DNA of 64,000 nucleotides from Perkinsus olseni (Eukaryota): NCBI GenBank assembly GCA_013115125.1, contig JABANN010000042.1, positions 1 to 64,000 of the forward strand, read 5' to 3'. Shown piece by piece: positions 11,854 to 23,284 of this stretch (position 1 is its first letter; each line of letters starts with the position of its first letter). The notes under the pieces were generated by a model. It saw only the letters and a program-made list of their open reading frames with translations, ran no database searches and was not told where the DNA came from. The position numbers and the translations under genes were made by a program.

Positions 11854-14800
11854 TCATTTTTTCTCCTTTTTGCTACCGCTCTTGCTACTCTTGTGCTTAT
11901 GGTGGTGATGATGATGATGATGGTGAGTATCATCGTCCTCCTCGCACGCCTGACAACAGACGAGAATTCGGAACAACGAATCCAAGTCGAGACCAGGATT
12001 CCGGCGAAAACACCGAAGCGCATAGCCTGACGCTACGGCAATCCACAGTGAAAGATGGCAAGATCTCTCGAAATGAGTCAAGCAGCTGATCGTTTCCCGA
12101 ACGGCAACTGCAGAGGCCCCAAAGAAGCACGCAAGACGGCCGTCTGAAAATGATCCACACGCAGGCATCCTACCGCTTGTTCTTCCTCCATCTCCTTCAA
12201 CTCGACCAGCACATCTCTGACTTCGTTGTACCGCTCCTCAGCCAGGGAGAATGCCAACCTGGAGAGATGCATCCCAGTAGCGGCACGGCAATGAGATGAT
12301 AGCGACTCTACGCTCTTTCGATCGGACGAGTACAATCGGCCCCTGAAAGTGCCCACCTCCGGACTTCCTTCCTGTCCATTATAGCCCTCCTAAGCTCAGC
12401 ATTGTCCATGTCTCCCGACGCCTTTGCCTCCTCTATCATCTTAGCCTCTTGCACCTCGGCCCAATGATCCATGGTCCTACACGACAATGCCTTGCCGACC
12501 GCGTCACTCAGTCATCCCTACCGTTTAGCGAAGTCCCTAAGGCTCTCCTCGAGTCGAGGCGTATACTCCTCCTTAAGATCCCACTGGGAGCGTATCTCCT
12601 CCATCCTCTCCCGTAACTTCGCCGACTTCCGAGAGGCCTGACCATGGATGCCAACCACCATCATCATCAACCCTCAGAGGACAACACGATACCTTCTTTT
12701 TCTTCTCCTGCTGTAGCTGCTCAGCTTCCTCAACCTCCTCCTCGTCCTCATCGCTGCTTTCACCGGAGCTGCTCCAGTCAGCATCATCGAGGTCCCCGTC
12801 CTCTCCCTCATCATCATCAGACAGCTCGTCATCAGAACCTGCTCTGATATCCCAGCCGAGCTCCTCGCCCGATCATGACTCACCCATCCATTTCTGCTCA
12901 CTCATGGTTCCCTTAAGCAGACAGGTCCACTTCGTCCTCTGTCGAAGATCCAAAGACCAGCAGTCGTCGAAAGTCACTTCCCGGTCGCCATACTGAAGAC
13001 GGCCACACCTTGCCCCACCACGCCCATCAATTCCGCCCACCTCTCGCAGTCCTCCGTACACGATGAGCGTGTGACCCTTCACCAGCAGCGCGGAGTTGAT
13101 CCTCTCCACAGGGAGATCTACATTCCCCATTTTCAGAGCCTCAGCGGCCGTCATCTTCCCAACGCCGGTGGCACCAGCCTCTGGTGTTGCTTGCTTCTCT
13201 TCGCTACCTAACACGCCATGGCCTCCCCCCCCCAGCTACAACAATCCCGCTACCACCCTTCTCATCAATCAGCGTCGGACATGCCTCCTCCGTTTCCTCC
13301 TGTACAGTCGCAAGCCCCTCAGCTCGTCGAGCTCGCAGCACCTCCGGCGTCGCTATCGGCTCCTCCACCTCAGCCCTCCTGCAAAAGGAGGTGAATAGTC
13401 AAAACGTCATGTTTGCGATGTGTCACGGAGTAAGCATACCCAGCAGGAGTAGCAGCCGGCGTCCGCTGGTCCTCATCACTCTCCTCGGATGACGTCCGAT
13501 CCTCTTCCGGAATTATCATCGTCACCAACTGTCCATTCTCATCCACATACTCGAACTGCCATTCAAATTTCGCCGTCTCATCTTCCTCTTCCTCCGCGGA
13601 GAGACTCTCGGTAGGATCCTGACACCACAAAGACGCTAAGAACGCTGCTCTGCCTTCATCTTCCTAAGCTAAGCAGGAATAAAGCACTGTGAGATCCTCG
13701 TTCAACGACCTTCGGGAAAGCAGAGAAGTGAGGTTCACAGGCCCCGCCCAAGTGCGGTACCGAAACGGAAGCAGCGAACGTAGAGGTGTTGGCCTTGCTC
13801 GACTTCCCCTCCCTGTTCCGTCGACTCTTCTTCTCCTGAGGCTTCTTCTGGCCGAGCTTATAATCCAGCACATACCACCTGATCGAGGATGTCCGGCCTC
13901 CACCGGCGAGCATGAGATGACCTCTTCCTTTCCATATCAAAAGCGTGGAGGTCGTTGTAGAAGCGGCTCTCCAGAGTCAAGCCAGGCTTATCCTCGTCCG
14001 TGACTCCTCCGAAAACGAGACAACGATTCTTGTAAACAGCACAGGCCATACCACTCCGCTTGGATGGTGCGGGACCTGAAGCACGAGTACCGGAGAATAA
14101 CCCCCTCGGAACTCCTAGGCACCTTTTTTCGACAACCGCTCCCATGTAGGCTTCAGCGTATTAGCTGCATTCTTCAGGTTCAACGCCCACATGTCACTGA
14201 CAATGAGAAAACCATGATATTATCCGCTATGGGGCACCAGAAATGCGTCACGCGCCACGAAATTACGTGTGCTCAGTGCCACTGGTCGCGTTCTGCTTAG
14301 TGTCACGGCTATAGCCCCCGTAAAGGTATGCCATGTCCGCTTGGGGGTGCACGAAGAACAGACAACCTCCCTGAAGAATCCAAGGCCGCCATCCCCTTCT
14401 GAGGCCCTTCCTCCTTTCAACTCACCCGAGGCGCCGGCAAGTTAAGCGAGGGAACATTGGAGAAGTCAACCTTATACCACTTCTCCTCGGTAATGTTGAA
14501 CATGTGCAAGTCGTTGAAGTACTTGCACTCGCGGAAAGTATCATAGAAGCCACCAAAGAGGATAATGTATCCCTTCCACACCTGAGGAGCCCTAATGGTC
14601 GGCAGGCTGCAACGAACAACCGTCATCCGACCAGCATTCGGTGGCCTGATCTCTGCGATGGTCGATCTCCCGTAGCCTTGATCTCCTCCCACAAGTTGGT
14701 CTTGAGGTCAAACCGCCAGAGGTCGCGGTAGTGATGGAACTACTGAAAGATGTTGTCCTCTGAGCGAAGCTGCGCCCCACTGCCGACCTGTGAAACAGTC

Positions 14801-15932
14801 GAGAACTCGCCACCGAAGATGTAGACGTATCTGTTGTTAACCAAGACGGCTTGATGAGCGCAGCGAGGCTTCGGAGACACTGGAGGCTCGACCTGAAAAC
14901 ATATACTCCGACGCAATAGACGGTGGAATCCGTCGCGAACGGCACTACACTATCCAAAGAGCACTTAAAGAACATAAATAGCCTATATTCGGCCACGGTG
15001 GGGCTAAAATCCCGAGAAAGGAGAAAAAAATCATCCTCTTCGCCACCAAACTCCGGTGGTATCAGCGTGTTCTTCCCATCATGCCAGGATTCTCATTCCA
15101 CTTCCTTTTGGCAGCGGCAATCCCAAGGAGCCCTCTACTAACGCTCGGAATAGTGTCGACCCGAATCGCCGGTAAAGGTTGGCGTTAGCGCCTGCTGCTA
15201 CTACCTTCTTCCACTCTCCCTTATCTATGTCCCACCGTAAGGTATCATTATAAACAGTTTGACGATCTCCGTCGAAGAACCTAGAAGGACGTGGGATCAC
15301 AGGTTCCCATTCAGCGCAGGGCCAGCAGCGACTTACTCGCCGCCAAAAACGAGGACATCTCCACTGTTAGTGACGGTCATTGACATATTCAGCCGAGGGG
15401 AGGGAGGGGCCTCCAACACTTCCGTTCGAACCTTCTTCTGTCCTTCCAACTAAATGGAACGACGCACAAGTATTTCTTCGTCAACGTCCGGGAGGAGTAT
15501 ATGCGGCATAGTAGAGGACACATTAGCCACCTCTACGCTTGGCCAAACTGCACCAAGTTCAGATCAGCGAAGAAATCATTCACCGAGGCAGTTTTCTCTT
15601 ATCGATGCTCCAAGGAAAGCCTACGAGTGAAACTAAAAGTTCTCCCCTCAGTACCTCCCTAGTCCTGGGGTCGTTGTCCATTCGGTTGAGCAAGACCTCA
15701 ATATCTTCCTCTCCTGCAGCGGCAAGCTCCTGAGATGATTCGACAAATCTCGGCCAATACAGTCAACCGCCTCACAACCGATGGGGTAACGAGTAATCGT
15801 GCTGCCCCGTGGCACTACCCTCTTGGACTTCTTCGTCGCCCCTTTGTTAGCCTTCTCGGCCTGCTTGTTCTTCTTCGCTTCTTTTCGTGCCGCCTTCTCC
15901 AACGCCGCGGTCTTCTTGTCCTTCTTAGCCAT
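11854..15932 (-). CDS. KLHDC4: Kelch-repeat protein, KEL3/KLHDC4-like with DUF4110-like C-terminus; multi-exon
   Basis: Lys-rich N-terminus MAKKDKKTAALEKAARKEAKK; kelch motifs ILFGGFYDTFRECKYFNDLH, LVFGGV and LIVYGG; acidic linker; C-terminal TPRLEESLRDF...LAFSLAEERY; His9 tail. Confidence 0.85.
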
Positions 15933-16085
15933 TAAACACTACCGTCTACTCCGATGCCATCATACGTGATCCCGAGCTCTGATTATCCAAAATCAACTCA
16001 AATATCAGTCAAGGGAGAGAGAGTGCAAAGTATCATCAATAGTACAGCAGTTTCCGATAGACATGCCTATCACCTGGAGCAGCTA

Positions 16086-17045
16086 TCACTGATCATCCCG
16101 GCTGGCTCGCCTCTCCGCGTCATGCACGGAGGCATCGATAACTCTGTTGTAGTAGGCCTCTCCCAACTGGTGGTAGTCTATCGTGAGCTCCTCCCCTGAG
16201 CTGGTCATCAGTGAGCAACAGCACCGCCCCTCACCGTGCCTGCTTGGATGTCTCGCTTCGTCCGGTAGGTGTTGAACTCTCCAGGACCCTTCGGCTACAT
16301 ACAAGCAGGCTCAGCCGCCCACTCCCAAGCACATTCGGCTACTACTTCGACAAGCTCCACATTTGGGTGACACTCGGAATGGTTGAGGTACCACGACACG
16401 TCCAAAGTGTTCAGCCCTGTCACAAGGCAGTGTGACCATACTCCCACGCCACTCCCGGTTCTACCGGTAGCATTGACCGGGTAAATTTTTCCGTCTTCCC
16501 CAACTTCCGGACTATAGTCGTCTTCAGTAGCGGTAAACGGCGCAAAGAAGCTGAAGCAAAGCTCTCTGACTTCCTGAGGAGTATATCAGCGTGGAGAGGG
16601 ACAGCCATAACAGCCTACCGGAGAGACCTCCAACAACTCTTTATCAGATACAATCTCGTATTGGTCGTCAGAACCTTTAGACCCCTCACTGACAGCAGCC
16701 TGCGTGTGATTTCACCGGGGATTGAAGAGGGATAATCGCGATACTACTCGGAAAGGATCGACGCCCGATGATATGGCGGTAACAGCAAATACTCCAACAC
16801 CGTGAATACGGGATACTCCCAGTTTTACCACAGGCCCGTCACGCAGGTGTCTCAGGATTTGAGCATGCCGTTCCTCGGGAGCCTAGAAAACGCTGATTAG
16901 TGGAAGGCATCCGTCAAAAGATTACTTCTCCAACCCGTCTGCGTATTTTCTTCATGACCTTCCATGTTTCTAATAGCTCAGCCTCTGACATATCCGCTAA
17001 GACATCTGCTATGTCGCATAGGATATCCCCTTGGGCCGCTTTCAT
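16086..17045 (-). CDS. Small SET-domain lysine methyltransferase, about 7 exons; not apparent from the ORF track
   Basis: Manual splicing gives KLGVSRIHGVGVFAVTAISSGVDPF ... GLNTLDVSWYLNHSECHPNV ... YRTKRDIQAGEELTIDY, the three canonical SET motifs. The start could be 16991. Confidence 0.85.
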
Positions 17046-17897
17046 TGAGCAGGATTCAATAAAAACTCTAGCGATGCTCTTCAGGATGAGTGCAACCGAA
17101 ATAAGATGTGGCAGCTGCAGTAGCAGTACCGCAGAGATCATCGGTTGAAGCGACCTAACTGCTCATGGGACGGGAGCTGACTCGGAGTTGGTGCTACGGA
17201 ATAGATGAGGGCGCAGGCGAACGTCGTCGCGGAAGGTTAAATGACGACTAACAATGGAGACCTTCGGCTGTATTCATATTTGCCGGCAGGGTGCAAATGT
17301 ATCCCGCCGTTAAGCGTTAATTTATTGGACGACCCCTCAACTTTGTGAGAGAACTTTTGTCGAGTGAAGGGTTCGAACCGACGTGCATTCCGCAAGTGTC
17401 GACTCGGAACGTCTCTTCTAAATTCAGAAAGTCCTAATGCTTTTGTGTGCCTGTGTGGACGCAGACACAAGGGGGGGAACTAGGGTTAGAGTTTCAGGCA
17501 CGAGAGCTAATCGCCGAGATGGATTGCCAACAACAACGGTTCGGTGGGGTCCCATCAACCAGTGAGGGGAAACTCATTGCTGATCAGGCAAGGACGTTAT
17601 TCTTCCGGCAGCTTTGCCTGTGACGTCAGCTCCTGTGGACTGTGAAAACGCAATTCTACTCAGGTGAATGGCAACGAAGCCAGAGGGACTAGAAAGAGAA
17701 TGGGCGCTGAGACACGCCAACACTGTGTTGGCAACACATACGTCATCCCAAGTAATCAGGACTATAACTACTTCATATCGTAAGGGTGGTTGACTCTTGA
17801 GAAATGGATGAGAAGCTTAATACAGCTTTAAAAGCTCGAGTGCGGCTCACTGATGAACCAGAAGAACTGCCAACTGAGGTGGCTTGTACAAAATGTA

Positions 17898-18704
17898 TTA
17901 ATAATACAAAGCACCCTCGACGATATCCTTATCAACACTGAAGGACCGCTGTACCCCCTCTGAAGTCACGTAGGAACCCTCAGCTCCGAAGCTAAAACTG
18001 ATGTGATAGCTGTCGTGAGACAGTTGGGTGAGAACCAGAGCATGCCTTACCGAGTAGGAATGTCCCAAATGTGGCCAAAGCTACAGCGTCGGCCCTGACA
18101 AGAGGGGAGTAGAGGCTGAATCCACTATCATCAGCAGAACCTTCAAGGTAGTGCCACGCAGTAGCAAGATTCGCATGCTCGTGGAGAGCTTCGTTGAAGT
18201 AGGCGAGCACATGAGATGCTATCTTCACAACAAATTACCCCTCGTTGTCGTCAAAGGTGACGATGTCGTTTGGACCGAGAGCTAAGCGTAGGGAGACTTC
18301 ATCAGTACCGAGGCTGAGCTGAGTGCCTCCGGAAGCCTCCATACTGAAACCTGTAGGGCTGGTATCGCCTTCTACTATGTTCCACTGCAACTTCAAAGTA
18401 CCATAGTCACCTAGTTCTGAATCGGGGAGATTGGATTTGATGAGCATCCCGATACTCCGTGCCTTCTCTCCATCGGCGTTGAGCCCGCCCATCATGTAGA
18501 CGCAGGTACCGTCTAGGACCTTGATGTCATCAGAAGTGCTCGCCGTACCGGGGCCACCATTGCAAGTTGCAATTTGCAACCCGGAGGATGGTCAGCAAGA
18601 ACAGTGTAAGACTCGTTTGATAGGGCCATCACCGCGGTGTAGGCCAACAAGAGAAGCCCGCGGTGGAGCCAGTTGAAGCGAACCTTGATTGTGGACTTTG
18701 TCAT
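17898..18704 (-). pseudogene. Secreted 'D(H/Y)PPxC' family member 1, frameshifted
   Basis: Signal peptide, then DHPPGC. A 14-nt insertion at 18566-18579 and further frameshifts near 18230 and ~18000-18070. The family C-terminus (GAEGSYVTSEGVQRSF...GALYY*) is in another frame. Confidence 0.8.
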
Positions 18705-19949
18705 ATCAGAAGCACGAGGTAAGTAGAACGAACAGGTAGATCTCCCAAAGAGCGTTTGTAGCCAACTATAATGCCGGTGGCAGGCGAAGAAGGCAATTTT
18801 TCGAGTTCGGACTGCTTTTGGCTACGCAAGAATCGATCGCGTCCGATCGTGATGGCAACCCCGCACGCATGCCTTTCGCGCCACTAGTCAATGCATATGA
18901 ACCCATCTAGAACCCTGTCATGGAGCCACTTGATGCAGAACGATGACAGTTGACCACCGCACACTACTCAGAGGGGACAAAGACCTTTCAGGTTGCATCT
19001 GCTCTGCCGACGAATAGGTTCAGAGACATCTCGAGAGGCTGCAACGGCAGACAGCAGGATACGAACGACCTAACATCGGTAGCGGCGTTCGCGCAACTGG
19101 CGTCCGGGCCTGACATCCTTCGAGGTCGGAGGTCATACTCCAACTCGAGGCAGACACTATCCTTCGATCGCTGACGTACCGTAAGGCATTGGCTGAGCCT
19201 ATTTGACTCGAGCATAAGCGTAAGAGAGCCGCTGTCTACATGGAGACAGGCGTCACTACTGAAACGTTTCGCTTCAAGTTGCCGGGTTGTGGAGGTCTCA
19301 GGCGGGTCACCACGTGTCATGATGTAGCATTGCTACAGTAGCAAACGTTCGCCTCGCGCCTTGGCACCACTGGCGTGACCACCGGCTTCCGCGGTGGGGT
19401 AAGAGCCTTTGTCGAACGGGTCTACTTCGAGGCTTCACTCTCAGAGCACGTTCGTGCCTATGACCTCAGGTGATAGGTGATTCACCTGCAGCTTGAGCCC
19501 GCGCTCGACGAAAGCGTGGTAGCACTCCCATTCCGCGATGCGGAGTCCGCATGAAACACGCCTTATTATTAGCACTGCTAATTTAGCAGGCCTCCCGAAG
19601 GTCAAGCGGAGCTCATCAGCTGCCTGAGGACTCCTCAGTGAAGAGTATTTCAGTACGGCTGGCAGAGCAGCGAGACCTCCAGGAACTCCATAACAGATAC
19701 AATTCGTATTCGTCGTTAGAGCCTTTGAACGCCGCATTGATAGCTGCCTGCCCATGGTTTCACCGAGGAGAGGGTCGGGCAAGTCACGATACTACTTCGA
19801 AAGGATCAGCTCCTGCTGGTAAGTGGGTCGCCGCAAGTGCTTCCGATTCAACTTTAGGGTCCGTCAAGAGGGACCCGGGACCCTGTCACGATAAACGGAA
19901 CTGATTCCTGGAACTTCCGGGCCGGAAGTGTTATCCTTATCGGCGAGAT

Positions 19950-20190
19950 TGTTGCCCTTAATCGTGAAATCGGGAGCCTTGTTCGCGTAACAGAACTCGC
20001 TATTCGAGGCCCGCCGCTAGACTGAGATTCTCATTCGCCAGCTTGATGTCTCTATTTCGACCCTGCCGCCAAACCGCTGTCTTTGGTCGCTGATGTGAAG
20101 TCCTCGAGAGTTGCATAACGGCCTCACTCTAGGCCGAGTAGAAATCGGGATGGACTAGACTCGGCCATCCAGCAGAATCTTCTGAATCTA
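19950..20190. repeat. Degenerate dispersed repeat, copy 2 (homologous to ~7090-7350)
   Basis: Direct sequence similarity to copy 1, with an extra inverted-repeat-containing insert at ~20128-20170. Confidence 0.7.
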
Positions 20191-20745
20191 GCGGCTTGGG
20201 CAAAGCCTTACCCTGAACGAGTCTACGTTGTTTCAAGATGACCAATTGAAAGTGGCGAAAGTGTAACCTGAATCAGATCCTGCTACTGGGGCAATTTATG
20301 TAGCACCAGCATCGCAGAAGACTTCTGCAGTGACTCAATCACCGGATACGGCGGTATGAGCACTATGAGAGTGTGGAGTAGAAGTTTTATTAGCTCAACA
20401 GATGATCGGAGCCCCGGATGACTGAGTCGCTCTTGAGAATAATCTCACTGCCAACGAAGCAAAGACTTCGCTTATCCGAGGCCCGAAGTTCCGGCGGCTT
20501 TGCCGCTCACGTGAGCCCCTGTGGACTGTGAGAACGCAATCCTCCTGAAAGAATTGGCGAGAAGGCCAAGGCTACTTATGAGGGGGTTTCCGGTGGCTCA
20601 CACCAACACCCTCTTCGTGTCAATCACTCAAGAGCCGCGAGTGCCCGACCCAAATACCTACAAGGTTACGAAAGCATTGACTGGCTTCAAGCACGGAGCT
20701 GAGCTCAGAGACACCACACTAAGGAACGAAGCCTCTGCTGAAACC

Positions 20746-21521
20746 TTATGAACTTGGAGGTACTAGAGAGAAGACCCCGTCAACTACAACCTTTTCAACA
20801 ACGAATGGCCGCTGTACGCCCTCATAAGTCCGATAAGTACCCTCGGTTCTGGAGGTGAACCACATGTGATAGCTATAATGAATCAGCTTGATAAGGTTTA
20901 TACAGGTTTAACAGGTTTATAACCTGCTTAGTTGAGAAGGAATGGTCGGCAGAGGATGTCTTGACGGTGTTAGAGTAGAGGTTGATTCCACTGGTGTCAC
21001 CAGAGCCTGCGATGTAGTACCACGGCGTAAGAAGTTTCGCAACTCCGTGAGAAGCATCTCTGAAATACGAAAGCATACGAGCATCTATGTGCATCACAGG
21101 GTCTCTGTCGTTGTAGCTGATGTTTTTCTCTGGCACCATCTCCAATCGCAAGTAAATGTCCTCGCCACCAAAATTGAGCTGAGTGTTACCAGAAGCCTCC
21201 ATACTGAAACCTGTAGGGCTGGTATCGTCTTCTACTATGTTCCACTGCAACCTCAGAGTACCATAGTCACCTACTTCTGAATCGGGTGGATTGGATTTGA
21301 CAAGCATTCCAACGCTCAGTTGCACAGCTCCATCGGAGTTCAGCCCATCTAGCATGTAGACGCAGGTACCGTTTAGGATCTCGATGTCATCAGAAGTGCT
21401 CGCCGAACCGGGGCCACCATTGCAACCCGGAGGATGGTCAGCAATAACAAAGTAGGGTTCGCTCGATAGCACCCTCACGGTGGAGCCAGTTGAACCGAAG
21501 CTTGGTCGTAGAGTTGGTCAT
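20746..21521 (-). pseudogene. Secreted 'D(H/Y)PPxC' family member 2, frameshifted; tandem duplicate of member 1 including the 3' flank
   Basis: High identity to 17898-18704. The signal-peptide core is deleted near 21478. A 19-nt insertion at 20902-20920 causes the premature stop at 20873. Flank ~20420-20860 resembles ~17520-17990. Confidence 0.8.
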
Positions 21522-21678
21522 TTGAGAACCACGAAACGACTAGGATCGCTAGGACGATATTTAGCGTGACTTCTCAGAGGTCACCTGAGGTGACTGAGTC
21601 ACCATGACTCACCTCTGCGTTCAAAGGCAGAGAAAAATAATTTCTGAAGAACACAATATGTACGAGAGCTGTTGTAAC

Positions 21679-22575
21679 CTACCACTTGTAGAACTGGACC
21701 TCGCATGGAGAGGAGGACAGAGCTACGTAGTGAATCATCCAGTTGAACACGTTCGTGGTGCTCGGGAAGATTAGAGGCCGGACGTTATTGGAACTTGGGA
21801 CACTGATTGGCGAGTCAGGAATTTCCGAGTAATTTGCGGGAACCCATCGAAGAGTTGCAACTGACACTTGTCCACAGCTGAACGGGAAATGCGAGGGCAC
21901 AGCTTTGGCAGTGGTGACACCGTCCCCGTGACGGTCCGCGTTACGTATCACATCATGTGATTCACGTGTGGGAGCACATTGTGTGTCAGTTTCCCCCCTC
22001 ACACCTCAGCAAGGCATTCTCTCCGTCGGAGGCTTACCTAGCCTTCGGTTGACTCCTGCCACGTCCACACATACTTCCCCCCTCCCCCCGGTGTTCACAG
22101 TGAACAGTTCACTTCACTTCCCCTTCTGCTACGTCCAGCGGTTGCAGTTCATTGAAATTGACTCCGCTTCGCCTGTGTCGCGCCTTCTTTTGTCTACTTG
22201 TTCGTGCGTATTGTCGCGCAACGAGCTATGAGCATACGTGTAGCACGAAGAAAGACTCCTTCCGCGGTGAGATCGGCGATCCCACCGCGTCCCAGCGATC
22301 CCGGATCGCTCGGTACAGTGACAACTCGTAGAAATCACATTCGTGCAAGCTTGATCCGCACAGCTTCCAGACGTACAGTTTTGGGCCATACACTGACAGC
22401 TCGTACAGTACCCAGTGGTACACCCATGAGAAGAGCAAAGGGGACTCTGGATAAATGAAAGCTCTGTGTCGGTGGGCTGCGTGCCGGTTCCGGCGTGAAG
22501 CAGAGGATCGCTAAGGCAGCAACATGATGAGATACGCCTGTGCTGTTGCTTATTTTTGTGTACGGATCGTTTCAT
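21679..22575 (-). other. Possible Cys-rich protein gene or gene relic (two ORF pieces)
   Basis: ORF 22129-22575 contains CSSHGCTTGYCTSCQCMAQNCTSGSCADQAC. A second coding-looking ORF follows at 21679-22002. No family recognised. Confidence 0.3.
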
Positions 22576-23284
22576 TTAGCTCTTGTTACATGACGTATCA
22601 GTCATTACTGTGTCAATACGTTATTAGTTGATACGTTATTCACCGTGCTTATCCTTCTATTACGATGAGTAAGTCTTTGGGGGGTTGGTTCACTTGATAA
22701 AATTTGCACACCCGCGAGGGGTTCTTTGCAAGCCACCTTTGAAACCGTTCGTGATGCCGATTAAGAGGAACAAGCCAAAAAAAAGAGAGTCAACTCAACC
22801 AATGCAGCACCCCCACTGGGGGTCCCCCAGTGTCAGTGAGTTAATGCGTCGCTATCTGGATTTTCGATTCGAAGCCCGAGGAGAATTGACTGTGCATTCG
22901 GTGCATCATAGGTCTAACAGCGCTTGAAGCCACGTGTAGAATCTAAGCATTCGAATATAATAAAAGATCCACTTCGGTTCTCCTACACACAAGCTCGAAG
23001 AGACTGCGAGAACGCAAAAGCTTTGCTTTGAGGCCGCTGGGAAGCGGACAGGTGAGAAAGCTGAAGATCATCCTAACAAGTCGGTGATCAAAGCTTCCGA
23101 TGACATATGAGGTTTCAAGATGAATATTATCATCCTGAATTTCATCGCTCGACATATCAGACAGGACGGCAAAATGATGGATATAACAGACTTATGCTGC
23201 TATAAGTAATAGCCTATCACCCAGAAAAGTTCGATCGCCGACCAAGATGCGAAGACCGCGTGAGAGAGCGCACCCGTGAACGCA

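Noticed and set aside
13620-13795. Second GC-AG intron in the kelch gene (AGCAAG|gccaac)
   Set aside because: In-phase GT donors exist downstream, so a GC donor is not required.
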